Assembly (NCBI GenBank): GCA_035652395.1
Contig: DASRDX010000009.1
Coordinates: 144,411-208,410 of the forward strand
Direction: 5' to 3'
DNA: 64,000 bases
Source of the DNA: Minisyncoccota bacterium
GTDB taxonomy: Bacteria > Patescibacteriota > Minisyncoccia > Phycocordibacterales > CAJBRS01
A model generated the notes under the pieces. It did no database searches. It worked only from the letters and a program-made list of their open reading frames with translations, and was not told the DNA's origin. Positions 1 through 8,895 of the stretch are shown in pieces (position 1 is the stretch's first letter; every line of letters begins with the position of its first letter). The position numbers and the translations under genes were made by a program.

Positions 1-486
1 ATGATCAAGAATTTATATAAGTATGTGAAAACTGATTTTGTGCTAACTATCCAGCATGATGGTTTCATTCTTAATCCTAAGGCTTGGACCAAAGAATTTC
101 TTTATTATGATTATATTGGGGCACCTTGGTGGTACGATGATGGTAAAAATGTAGGCAATGGCGGTTTTAGCTTGAGAAGTAGAAAGCTTTTGAAGATTTT
201 AGCTAACGATAAGAAAATCAAGAAATTTACGCCCGAGGATCATCATATTTGTCGCACTTACCGAAAATATCTGGAATCAAAAGGGATTAAATTTGCTCCA
301 GAGCGATTGGCGGCAAAATTCAGTGTCGAAGGAAATATTAGAGAATTTAAAACTGGACAGAATATTTGGAAAGGAGAATTTGGTTTTCACGATCTTTCTA
401 AGACGGTGTTAAAGGATTGGTTAAACAAAAATCCTAAATATAGAAAAATTATTGACAATACTTTAAGGCCAACTTATCGGATTTAG
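1..486 (+). CDS. hypothetical protein, 3' portion (5' end cut by window edge); GNGGFSLRS motif, possibly DUF5672-type glycosyltransferase-like
   Basis: ORF runs from the window start. Motifs YDYIGAPWW and GNGGFSLRS; family assignment is from memory only. Confidence 0.4.
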   Translation: MIKNLYKYVKTDFVLTIQHDGFILNPKAWTKEFLYYDYIGAPWWYDDGKNVGNGGFSLRSRKLLKILANDKKIKKFTPEDHHICRTYRKYLESKGIKFAPERLAAKFSVEGNIREFKTGQNIWKGEFGFHDLSKTVLKDWLNKNPKYRKIIDNTLRPTYRI

Positions 487-1333
487 AGTTCTTAATCCAG
501 TCAATCCTTTTATCTCTCTTAAACCACGTCATCTGGCGCTTGGCGTAGTGCCAGTTTTCAATATAGATTTTTTCAGTCATTTCTTTTTTGGAAATTTTTC
601 CTTGCAAATATTGAGATAAATATCGGTATTCTAGGCCGAGTTGATCCATTCTTTTCCAAGATAGACCGTTTTCATGCAAACGTTTTGCTTCAGCGATCAT
701 GCCGCGTTTCAACCGAAGGTTGAGGCGCCTTCTGATCCGTCTTTTCAGTTCATCATCCTTTAATTTAATGCCTAGTATTTGTGCACTATATTTGGATTTA
801 GTTTTGATTTTTGGAACCTTGCCAATCGCCGTAGCGATTTCAATCGCGCGAATTAGCCGACGCCGATTATTTTTATCGATAGTGCCGGCTCTTCTTGAAT
901 CCAATTTTTTTAATATGGAAAATAATTGTGAAACGCTCTTTTGTTCCAATCTGTTGCGCAGTTTCGGATTTGGCGGCACTTCCGGGAGAACCAAATTATC
1001 AACAATAGCCTGAATATAAAAACCCGTACCACCGCAAATAATCGGGAGTCTTCCTTTGTCAAGGATTTTGTCAATAGTCTTCTCGGCGAGTCTCTTATAT
1101 TCAGCCACGGAAAACTGTTTTGAAGGGTGTGCCACATCTAGGAGATGATGTGACACACCTCGCATTTCAGCTTCAGTAATTTTCCCAGCACCAATATTTA
1201 ATCCTTTATAGACTTGTCGGGAATCGGCCGAAACAACTTCTCCATTTAATTTTTTCGCCAGCTTTACAGCTAACTCACTTTTCCCGGAGGAAGTTGGCCC
1301 AACTATTACTAATATTTTCGGTTTCAATCTCAT
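449..1333 (-). CDS. miaA: tRNA dimethylallyltransferase
   Basis: N-terminal P-loop ILVIVGPTSSGKSELAVKLAKKL, then SADSRQVYKGLNIGAGKIT; full-length 294 aa; converges on the upstream ORF with a 38-nt overlap. Confidence 0.9.
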   Translation of the reverse strand: MRLKPKILVIVGPTSSGKSELAVKLAKKLNGEVVSADSRQVYKGLNIGAGKITEAEMRGVSHHLLDVAHPSKQFSVAEYKRLAEKTIDKILDKGRLPIICGGTGFYIQAIVDNLVLPEVPPNPKLRNRLEQKSVSQLFSILKKLDSRRAGTIDKNNRRRLIRAIEIATAIGKVPKIKTKSKYSAQILGIKLKDDELKRRIRRRLNLRLKRGMIAEAKRLHENGLSWKRMDQLGLEYRYLSQYLQGKISKKEMTEKIYIENWHYAKRQMTWFKRDKRIDWIKNSKSDKLALKYCQ

Positions 1334-1360
1334 GAATTTAAAATAAAACGCTCAAGTCGA

Positions 1361-2476
1361 CTAGCACTTGAGCCATTGAACACCGCGCTTTCGAGTCAGT
1401 TTCAAGCTTGGTCTCACCGCAAAAGAAATGGAGTTATTTCTGAACCACTGATCCCAATTCTTAGCATAGTTTCCGAAATACTTTTCTGGATAATCTGGGC
1501 GCAGAACGTAGACCCGCTGATTCTCGAAAGAAGTAATTAGAAACTCGTAAGTACCGGCTTGCAAATTAACTTTCTCCTCCAACTGCTTTAAATTAGAGAT
1601 CTCACGTGGTCGAAGAAAAGTTAAGAAGATTAAACGATTCTCTCCCAAATCCGCAATGGTCTCTAAGAGTTTTTTCGGGATTGGTTTCAGAAGTGGACTC
1701 TCTATTTCTCCTATCAGCGGATAATTTGGTTCCCGAATAATGGACGCCGGATTTTCAGCCACTGATTTACTCTGACTACTATCCACCGGTAGATCCTCAA
1801 TTCGTCTAAAGACTACGCGATTGCTTCTTTTGGGAGCAGTACGAATAATCTTTTGTGATGGAAGACCTACTCCTAAAGGAAGTTTTTTAATCTTATCTTC
1901 CGGCCCTGGGGGAGCCAATTCCTTTGTTTCTTCCACCAACGGAGCCTTAGGAAGGTAGTCCTCTCTCTTCACTAAAGGTCTCTTTCCTCGGATTCCTATC
2001 GCTTTTTGCCACTCCGTAGAAAAACTATAAACCAGATTTCCACGATCGATAACAAAAACTGGGTGATCCGGGCCGATTGCCCTTAACACTTCCAAAGTTT
2101 TCTCCTCATAAGTTTCTTTGGAAGTCTCATCAGTCATGGCAATTAGAGCCTTTTCAGCTTCTTCTCTTTTCAGAAAAAAAGCTAACCATGGAATTTTATC
2201 TCCCAATTCCGACTCCTTTACTTCTGAAGGCAGTTCTATAGTTATCATTCCCTCCGTCTCAGAAACTCCCGCTCGAGACATGTAAAGGAATAAGTGTTGA
2301 GCATTTATTCCGATCGTCTGACCGTGGAGTAGGGGCCAGAGCTTTTCAGACCTTTGATCAAGCCTCGCTGCTATAAGTAATACCAAGGGAACACTGCGCT
2401 TGTACCGCTCAGTTGATACAAGCCACAACCCTTCTCTGTTCAACAGAAAAAATTCTTTAAGGTACATATTCTGCAC
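1361..2476 (-). CDS. hypothetical protein (371 aa, no recognised domain)
   Basis: Long uninterrupted ORF with coding-like composition; 27 nt downstream of miaA on the same strand. Confidence 0.6.
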   Translation of the reverse strand: MQNMYLKEFFLLNREGLWLVSTERYKRSVPLVLLIAARLDQRSEKLWPLLHGQTIGINAQHLFLYMSRAGVSETEGMITIELPSEVKESELGDKIPWLAFFLKREEAEKALIAMTDETSKETYEEKTLEVLRAIGPDHPVFVIDRGNLVYSFSTEWQKAIGIRGKRPLVKREDYLPKAPLVEETKELAPPGPEDKIKKLPLGVGLPSQKIIRTAPKRSNRVVFRRIEDLPVDSSQSKSVAENPASIIREPNYPLIGEIESPLLKPIPKKLLETIADLGENRLIFLTFLRPREISNLKQLEEKVNLQAGTYEFLITSFENQRVYVLRPDYPEKYFGNYAKNWDQWFRNNSISFAVRPSLKLTRKRGVQWLKC

Positions 2477-2529
2477 CCATCATAGGAAGAGGGAATAAAA
2501 TGTCAATTTTAGTTATCGAAATCTTTTCA

Positions 2530-2549
2530 GGTGCCGAAGGAGAGAATCG
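2530..2549. repeat. 20-nt direct copy of the tRNA-Leu 3' end (ggtgccgaaggagagaatcg), att-like scar
   Basis: Identical 20-mer at 2530-2549 and 2669-2688. A further 12-nt inverted T-arm fragment (ttcgattctctc) lies at 2617-2628. Confidence 0.55.
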
Positions 2550-2633
2550 GTCACAAGTCTCGCTTCGCAATCTTGAGACCCCACCTCGCATCGCCCAAAA
2601 ATGGCGATATGTTCCGGTCTTCGATTCTCTCAC

Positions 2634-2655
2634 GTAAGCAAAGCAGTTTGCTTAC
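2634..2655. repeat. palindromic hairpin gtaagcaaa-gcag-tttgcttac sharing the GCAAAGCAGTTTGC core with the hairpin at 4346-4367
   Basis: Perfect 9-bp stem with a 4-nt loop, 14 nt downstream of the tRNA-Leu 3' end; the 14-nt core is identical at a second site. Confidence 0.45.
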
Positions 2656-2668
2656 TCTTCTACCTATC

Positions 2669-2752
2669 GGTGCCGAAGGAGAGAATCGAACTCTCATGGA
2701 TTGCTCCGCACGATTTTGAGTCGTGTGCGTCTACCAATTCCGCCACTTCGGC
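2669..2752 (-). tRNA. tRNA-Leu (anticodon CAA), type II with long variable arm
   Basis: Reverse complement reads GCCGAAGTGGCGGAATTGGTAGACGCACACGACTCAAAATCGTGCGGAGCAATCCATGAGAGTTCGATTCTCTCCTTCGGCACC. It has a 7-bp acceptor stem, anticodon loop CTCAAAA, T-loop TTCGATT and a long variable arm. Confidence 0.85.
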
Positions 2753-2815
2753 ATGAGATTTAAATATAATGAAATTTGGCCAAAAATCAATTAAGTTTCT
2801 GTTATAATATTCTTA

Positions 2816-3865
2816 ATGGCCTCGCATTTTTATAGCAATTCTATTTTCTGGATTGAAGTAGAAAAAGTTAAACCCAATCCCTACCAGCCGCGTCGTGAAT
2901 TTGATCAGGCGCGTCTTCAAGATTTGGCCGATTCCATTCGAATGTATGGCGTTTTGCAGCCGCTCGTGGTGACGCGCCACGAAGTGACGCGGGAAGACGG
3001 TGGTTTAACAACCGAATACGAATTAATTTCCGGTGAACGCCGTCTAAGGGCCTCTAAATTGGCCGGATTAGCCCAAGTACCGGTTCTTATTCGAGCTGAA
3101 GAGGAGAATGAAAGGGTAAAACTTGAATTAGCTATTATTGAAAATCTCCAGCGTGAGGATCTTAATCCGGTGGATCGCGCTCGAGCCTTTAAAAGACTAG
3201 CCGAAGAATTTCACTTTAAGCACAATCAAATTGCCGAAAAAGTAGGGAAGAGTCGCGAGTACGTTTCTAATACGATGCGATTACTCTCCTTGCCCGAAGA
3301 AATGCTGACCGCAGTGTCGGAAGGACGACTTTCCGAAGGACACACCCGACCGCTTTTAATGTTAATTGATCGTCCGGACGAGCAGATGACTTTGTATAAA
3401 GAAATTATCTACAAGAAGATGACGGTCCGAGAAGCCGAGGCCATTGCTCGCAAGATTGCTTACGATAAGGTCCGCAAAAAGGAACGCGCGTTTGATCCAG
3501 AATTAGTGGAGCTTGAAGAGAAATTGGCTGAATCACTTGGAACTCGTGTCCATGTTGAAAGAAAAGATCAGGGTGGCCGATTAGTTATAGATTTTTTCTC
3601 AAATGCCGACCTTCAGAGCATTCTGGATTTAGTACGGTCCAATAAACCAAAACCAGCCACAGAGATGATGGAGAAATATATCGCTCAAAATTCTCCAATA
3701 AAAATGGACGAATCAGAAATTGCTATTGCTGAAGCTAATAATCCCGAAGGAGTAGACGACTTAACTATAGAACAGGAAACTTCTACTCCTGTTGATGATC
3801 GATCGAGCCAAGAGAAGCAATCGGATGAAGAAGATTTGTACTCGATTAAAAACTTTTCGATTTAA
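2816..3865 (+). CDS. parB: ParB/Spo0J-like partition protein with acidic C-terminal tail; no adjacent parA
   Basis: ParB N-terminal domain motifs IEVEKVKPNPYQPRREFD and ISGERRLRASKLAGLAQVPVLIR; the C-terminal 60 aa are D/E/S-rich. Confidence 0.8.
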   Translation: MASHFYSNSIFWIEVEKVKPNPYQPRREFDQARLQDLADSIRMYGVLQPLVVTRHEVTREDGGLTTEYELISGERRLRASKLAGLAQVPVLIRAEEENERVKLELAIIENLQREDLNPVDRARAFKRLAEEFHFKHNQIAEKVGKSREYVSNTMRLLSLPEEMLTAVSEGRLSEGHTRPLLMLIDRPDEQMTLYKEIIYKKMTVREAEAIARKIAYDKVRKKERAFDPELVELEEKLAESLGTRVHVERKDQGGRLVIDFFSNADLQSILDLVRSNKPKPATEMMEKYIAQNSPIKMDESEIAIAEANNPEGVDDLTIEQETSTPVDDRSSQEKQSDEEDLYSIKNFSI

Positions 3866-3919
3866 TTCCTAGACGCAATTTCATTAATATGAGAACCTTA
3901 AAACGGATCGAGGGTCTTA

Positions 3920-4153
3920 ATGAAATACAAAGTTGAATATTCTATAACAGGAGCGGAAAGTGGTGGTAATAATTCAGCTACATTTGAGGCAGATGATGAT
4001 ACTCAAGCACCTCAAAAAGCTGATGAGTTAGTAGCGCAAAAGGAACGTGAATGCAACCAATACATCAAAAGTCCTTTTTGGCACTACAAATTTAAAAGAA
4101 CCGCTCTCTATCGGGTTAAGCAAGAAGAAATTACGGAACCAATACTTAGCTGA
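3920..4153 (+). CDS. hypothetical small protein (77 aa)
   Basis: ORF only; it starts 55 nt after parB. Confidence 0.35.
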   Translation: MKYKVEYSITGAESGGNNSATFEADDDTQAPQKADELVAQKERECNQYIKSPFWHYKFKRTALYRVKQEEITEPILS

Positions 4154-4171
4154 GGCAAGATCCTCAGCGTT

Positions 4172-4246
4172 TTATTTTGTCACTAATTTATGCGGATTAG
4201 GGTTTGGGCATCCTTTGTTGGAGCAGCACTCCGGGATCGTCTTGGG
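4172..4246 (-). pseudogene. degenerate duplicate of the topA 3' terminus (zinc-ribbon fragment)
   Basis: Minus-strand ORF 4172-4354 ends KTIPECCSNKGCPNPNPHKLVTK. TopA ends KTIPERCSNKACPNHNPHKLQNTK, 17 of 23 residues identical; the nucleotide strings are visibly alignable. Confidence 0.45.
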
Positions 4247-4345
4247 CCACAAATAATTTTCTCGCCAACTCGAAAATTTTCGCGGCCCTGCGTCGCCCGT
4301 TTTTCTTACTAGAAAAACATGGCTCCGGCCGACGAAAACTAGTGG

Positions 4346-4378
4346 CGCAGGCAAAGCAGTTTGCCTGCTTTATTTGGT
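4346..4378 (+). terminator. hairpin gcaggcaaa-gcag-tttgcctgc followed by TTTATTT; overlaps the topA stop codon
   Basis: 9-bp GC-rich stem then a T-rich tract; it could terminate the parB-side plus transcripts. Same GCAAAGCAGTTTGC core as at 2634-2655. Confidence 0.55.
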
Positions 4379-6607
4379 GTTTTGGAGTTTGTGCGGATTA
4401 TGATTTGGGCAGGCTTTATTTGAACACCTTTCGGGAATCGTTTTCGTCCCTTCCATCATTAATGAGCCGCACATCGGGCAGAGACTGCCGGTTGGTTTGG
4501 CCTTAATGGCGTTTTTACATTGAGGGTAGTTTGAACAGCTGTAAAATATGCCGAATTTGCCGCGACGCTCTACCATAAAACCTTTTTTACATACGGGGCA
4601 CTCTACACCAGTAGAGTTTTGCTTCTCAAGCTCAGCATCTTTTTTAATGTATTTGCATTTTGGATAATTGGCACAGGAAATGAATTGACCGAATTTTCCT
4701 TCGCGTAGCACCAAATCTCCGCCATCAATCGGGCACTTTTCACCGGTGAGTTTTGGACCAGCTAATTCTTTTCCCTCAATAGTGCGGGCGCCCGTACATT
4801 CCGGAAATCTGGAACAGCTCATAAATTTGCCGTTTTTGCCAAGTTTGATGATCATGGGGGCGCCGCAGACCGGACATTTGAATTCGTCCGGTGCGGCGCC
4901 CAAATTAGTAATTTTTTCCATTTTTTTGTCTTTTGATTTAACTTCTTTGGTAAAGGGAGCGTAAAAATCTTTCAAAGTTTTTTCGTATTCACGTTTGCCG
5001 GCTGCAATTTCATCAAGTTCATCTTCCATTTCGGCCGTGAATGAGTCGCTAATATAGGTAGTGAAATGATCTTCTAAAAACGAGGAAACCACGTCGCCGG
5101 TGTCGGTTGGCGTCAGGGCTTTATTAATTTTATTAACGTAGCCGCGGTCTTCCAAAGTCTTAATAATGGAGGCATAAGTGGAAGGGCGGCCAATCCCACG
5201 TTTTTCCAACTCTTTAATCAAGCCAGCTTCAGAATATCGTGGAGGAGGTTGAGTTTCTTTCTCTTCCGAATCAATCTTAAGGAGATTTAGTTTCTCACCC
5301 AATTTTACTTTCGGTAATTCAACGTCTTCGCCGCGAGCTTCCGGATCGGCAGAGAGCCAGCCGGGAAAGAGCACGCGCTGTCCGGTAATAGCAAAATCAG
5401 GAATGGCATCCTTTTCTTTTGGATCGTCGCTAACGTTCGCTGTGAGCTTGCTTCGCAGGAGTTTGGCGTCTGTCATCTGCGAAGCCAAGGTTCTCTGCCA
5501 AATTAACCGGTAAAGTTTCTGTTGTTCTGGAGTAGACCCAGCCTTTTCCATAGACATATGAGTCGGTCGAATGGCTTCATGAGCTTCTTGGGCGTTCTTG
5601 CTCTTAGAAGTAAAAGTACGTGGACTGAGATATTCTTTGCCAAATTTTTTCTCAATGGTTCCAAATATCTGCCCGAGAGCCAATTTGCTTAAGTTAGTGC
5701 TATCGGTACGCATGTAGGTAATGTGACCAGCTTCATAGAGTTTTTGGGCAATACCCATGGTTCTCGATGGAGGAAAACCTAGGCGAGAACTGGCTGTTTG
5801 CTGGAGAGTGGAGGTAATAAAGGGAGCCCGAGGAGAACGTTTAACTTCGCTTTCGGAAAGGTCGGTTATACGCCACTTATTCTTGGCAGTTTCTCCTCCA
5901 ATTTTAAGAATTCTTTCCACTTCTTTCTTCTCGCGCGGTTCCTCTACGCAGGTCAGGGTAAATTCCGGGCCGTTTTTGTCGCCCCCCTTAACCGCGGCAG
6001 TAATAATCCAGAATTTTTCCGGTTTGAAAGCTCTGATCTCGCGCTCACGTTCCATAATAATGCGCAGGGCCGGCGATTGAACGCGACCGGCGGATAGGCC
6101 ATAACGCACTTTCTTCCAGATTAATCCCGATAAATCGTATCCAACGAGTCGATCCAAGACGCGGCGAGCCTCCTGAGCGCGACGAAGATTTTGATCAATT
6201 TCCCGCGGATGCTGAAGAGCCTCTTTAATAGCTTCCTCGGTGATTTCGTTGTAAGTTACTCTTTTAATCTTTTCCGAGAGTCCTTTATTTTTTTTGTCAC
6301 TGACGCCCAAAAGCTCAGAAATGTGCCAAGCAATAGCTTCACCCTCCCGGTCCTCGTCAGTTGCCAGAATTATTTCATCGGCTTTTTTGGCCAATTGCTT
6401 GATTTCGCTCACCACCTTTTCTTTACCCTTGCTTATTTCGTAGTGGGGAACAAAACCTGCCTCAATATCAATGGCCTTCTTATTGCTTTTCGGCAAATCA
6501 CGCACGTGACCCACAGAAGCTTTCACTTCATATTTGCCATCCAAATATTTGGAAATAGTTTTAGCTTTGGCCGGAGATTCCACAATCAGTAACTTCATGA
6601 GCGCCAT
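4370..6607 (-). CDS. topA: DNA topoisomerase I with C-terminal Cys4 zinc ribbons
   Basis: Toprim N-terminus MALMKLLIVESPAKAKTISKYL plus GHVRDLP; 745 aa; repeated C-x2-C...C-x-N-C-P zinc ribbons at the C-terminus. Confidence 0.92.
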   Translation of the reverse strand: MALMKLLIVESPAKAKTISKYLDGKYEVKASVGHVRDLPKSNKKAIDIEAGFVPHYEISKGKEKVVSEIKQLAKKADEIILATDEDREGEAIAWHISELLGVSDKKNKGLSEKIKRVTYNEITEEAIKEALQHPREIDQNLRRAQEARRVLDRLVGYDLSGLIWKKVRYGLSAGRVQSPALRIIMEREREIRAFKPEKFWIITAAVKGGDKNGPEFTLTCVEEPREKKEVERILKIGGETAKNKWRITDLSESEVKRSPRAPFITSTLQQTASSRLGFPPSRTMGIAQKLYEAGHITYMRTDSTNLSKLALGQIFGTIEKKFGKEYLSPRTFTSKSKNAQEAHEAIRPTHMSMEKAGSTPEQQKLYRLIWQRTLASQMTDAKLLRSKLTANVSDDPKEKDAIPDFAITGQRVLFPGWLSADPEARGEDVELPKVKLGEKLNLLKIDSEEKETQPPPRYSEAGLIKELEKRGIGRPSTYASIIKTLEDRGYVNKINKALTPTDTGDVVSSFLEDHFTTYISDSFTAEMEDELDEIAAGKREYEKTLKDFYAPFTKEVKSKDKKMEKITNLGAAPDEFKCPVCGAPMIIKLGKNGKFMSCSRFPECTGARTIEGKELAGPKLTGEKCPIDGGDLVLREGKFGQFISCANYPKCKYIKKDAELEKQNSTGVECPVCKKGFMVERRGKFGIFYSCSNYPQCKNAIKAKPTGSLCPMCGSLMMEGTKTIPERCSNKACPNHNPHKLQNTK

Positions 6608-6650
6608 TATATACTACATCGCATTTCTAATTGCAAATTTCAGATGGTAA

Positions 6651-7514
6651 TTAGATCAGAAATATCTCACCAGCCGCCTCTTTAATTAATGATTTTAATT
6701 CCAGAACGGTCAGGAGAGAATTCATCTGGCTAATAGGGAAATTAACTCGGCGCAACAACTCTTCGCGGGAGAGAGGGGAAGCGAGTTGCTCAATGATTTT
6801 CAATTCCTCTTCTGAACAACTTCGATATTTGATTGAGGGGGCGGTCATGGCGGAGCTTTTCATTCCAAAAACATCCAGAATATCTTCGGCCGAAGTAATC
6901 GGGGTAGCGCCGGTTTGAATCAAAAAATGCGGACCACTGGAGTTTTTAGAAAAGATCGAGCCGGGAACAGTCAGCACTTCCTTGTTGTAGTCAGTAGCCA
7001 AACGAGCGGTAATCATGGTGCCGGATTTTCTGTCTGCCTCTATTATTAGAGTGGCATCCGAAAGACCAGCCATTAAACGATTACGTCGAGGGAAAGCATC
7101 TACAGTAGCGCGATAATCCGGTGCAAATTCCGAAAGCAGAGCTCCATCGGCTTCCAAAATCCTTTCCGCCAGTCTTTGGTGAATGGCTGGGTAGATCATC
7201 TTTGGGTTTAATCCAGATCCGGGCATTGCAAGCGTAGAAAGACCGGCCCGCAGAGCTGCCGTGTGGGCAATTGAATCAATGCCGAGAGCCAGTCCTGACA
7301 CTATGGCAAGATCATGACCAGCTAGGCCGGCAATTAATTGTTCACAAACTTCTCGACCATAATCGCTGAATTGTCTGGCGCCGACTACGCAGAGTAATTT
7401 TGTCGAGGGTGGGGGTAATTTTCCCCGCAGATACAATCGCTCGGGCGGCTCCGGAATTTCCAAAAGGGACGGGGGATAGCGGTCGCGGGGCAGCTCAACG
7501 ATGGGAAATTTCAT
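6651..7514 (-). CDS. dprA: DNA processing protein DprA (Smf)
   Basis: Rossmann-like core LLCVVGARQFSDYGREV...LAIVSGLALGIDSIAHTAALRAG. Confidence 0.85.
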   Translation of the reverse strand: MKFPIVELPRDRYPPSLLEIPEPPERLYLRGKLPPPSTKLLCVVGARQFSDYGREVCEQLIAGLAGHDLAIVSGLALGIDSIAHTAALRAGLSTLAMPGSGLNPKMIYPAIHQRLAERILEADGALLSEFAPDYRATVDAFPRRNRLMAGLSDATLIIEADRKSGTMITARLATDYNKEVLTVPGSIFSKNSSGPHFLIQTGATPITSAEDILDVFGMKSSAMTAPSIKYRSCSEEELKIIEQLASPLSREELLRRVNFPISQMNSLLTVLELKSLIKEAAGEIFLI

Positions 7515-7620
7515 GGCCTTAGTTTAATCAGTCGACATGAAATTTCTTTAAAAGAAAATTAAAATAAGCCGGATTTAAACGAACTTCGTCAAATTCCGTC
7601 AATTTTGCTATCATTTAGTT

Positions 7621-8895
7621 ATGCTCGATATCAAATTCATTCGCGAAAATAAGGAAGTTGTTCAGGCTGGGGCTCAAAAAAAGGGTATTGACATAAACCT
7701 TGACGAATTAATTGCCGCCGACGATAAAAGGCGGCAATTATTGACTGAAATAGAAGCTAAAAAAGCCGAGCAAAACCAATTTAGCGGGAAAATCGTCAAC
7801 GCTTCCGAGACTGACAAAGTCAAACTAATAGAAGAAATGAAAGTTTTGAAGGAAGGTTTGAGCGCGGAAGAGGAAAAATTGAAAGAAGTAATGAAAGATT
7901 GGCAAAGATTAATGGTCCAAGTACCAAATGTGCCGGATATGTCCGTGCCGGAAGGAAAAGACGAAACGGAAAATAAGGAAATAAAAACTTCTGGCGAGAA
8001 GCCGAAATTTGACTTCACTCCGAAAAGTCACATCGAGTTGATGGAAAAGATGGAAATGCTCGATTTGGATAGAGGCACAAAGGTGGCAGGTTTCCGTGGT
8101 TATTTTTTGAAAAATGACGGAGTCCTGTTAAATTTTGCCATTTGGCAATTTGTTTTAGAAACCATGACGGGGAACGGAGAATTCACGCCACTTCTTAGTC
8201 CATCTTTAGTTAGAAAAGAAACCCTTCTCGGAACCGGTTATTTACCTCAAGGAGAGGAAGACCTTTACCGAACCCAGGATGATTCATATTTGGCCGGAAC
8301 TTCCGAAGTGCCAACCATGAGTTATTACTCTGACGAAATAATTGAAAAGAAAAAATTGCCGGTCAAGTTTTTGGCCTTTTCTCCATGCTTTCGGCGCGAA
8401 GCGGGGAGTCATGGCAAGGATACTAAAGGTCTTATCAGAGTGCATGAATTTTATAAATTCGAGCAAGTTATTATTTGTGAAGCCAATCACGAAGAATCAG
8501 TTAAGCATCATGAGGAGCTGACTCTCAATGCGGAGAAAATTTTGCAGGCGCTTAAATTGCCGTATCGAAACCTTTTAATCTGCGGGGGAGATCTCGGTTT
8601 GGGGCAAGTTAAAAAATATGATCTTGAGGCGTGGATGCCTTCGGAAAATACTTATCGCGAAACTCATTCAGCCTCTTACTTTCACGATTTTCAGACGCGC
8701 CGACTAAATATCCGCTATCGAGACGATGAAGGAAAACTGCGTTTTGCCCATTCTTTAAACAACACTGCCCTAGCTACTCCTCGAATAATCGCCGCCATTG
8801 TAGAAAATTATCAAAACGCCGACGGCACCATCAACATTCCGGAGGCTCTTCAGAAATACATGGGCGGCCGAAAAGTAATCGAACCAAAAAAATAG
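7621..8895 (+). CDS. serS: serine--tRNA ligase
   Basis: N-terminal coiled-coil MLDIKFIRENKEVV; class II aaRS motifs FRREAGSHGKDTKGLIRVHEF and GLGQ...LNNTALATPR; 424 aa. Confidence 0.92.
   Translation: MLDIKFIRENKEVVQAGAQKKGIDINLDELIAADDKRRQLLTEIEAKKAEQNQFSGKIVNASETDKVKLIEEMKVLKEGLSAEEEKLKEVMKDWQRLMVQVPNVPDMSVPEGKDETENKEIKTSGEKPKFDFTPKSHIELMEKMEMLDLDRGTKVAGFRGYFLKNDGVLLNFAIWQFVLETMTGNGEFTPLLSPSLVRKETLLGTGYLPQGEEDLYRTQDDSYLAGTSEVPTMSYYSDEIIEKKKLPVKFLAFSPCFRREAGSHGKDTKGLIRVHEFYKFEQVIICEANHEESVKHHEELTLNAEKILQALKLPYRNLLICGGDLGLGQVKKYDLEAWMPSENTYRETHSASYFHDFQTRRLNIRYRDDEGKLRFAHSLNNTALATPRIIAAIVENYQNADGTINIPEALQKYMGGRKVIEPKK

Noticed and set aside
699-1137. Three short ORFs (699..1013 +, 910..1137 -, 941..1123 +) overlapping miaA
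   Set aside because: They lie entirely inside or antisense to the well-supported miaA frame and have low-complexity, stop-poor, antisense-type composition, so they are spurious.
4047-4506. ORFs 4047..4256 (+) and 4204..4506 (+) downstream of parB
   Set aside because: They overlap each other, the terminator hairpin and the topA 3' end. The only meaningful signal here is the minus-strand topA-terminus duplicate.
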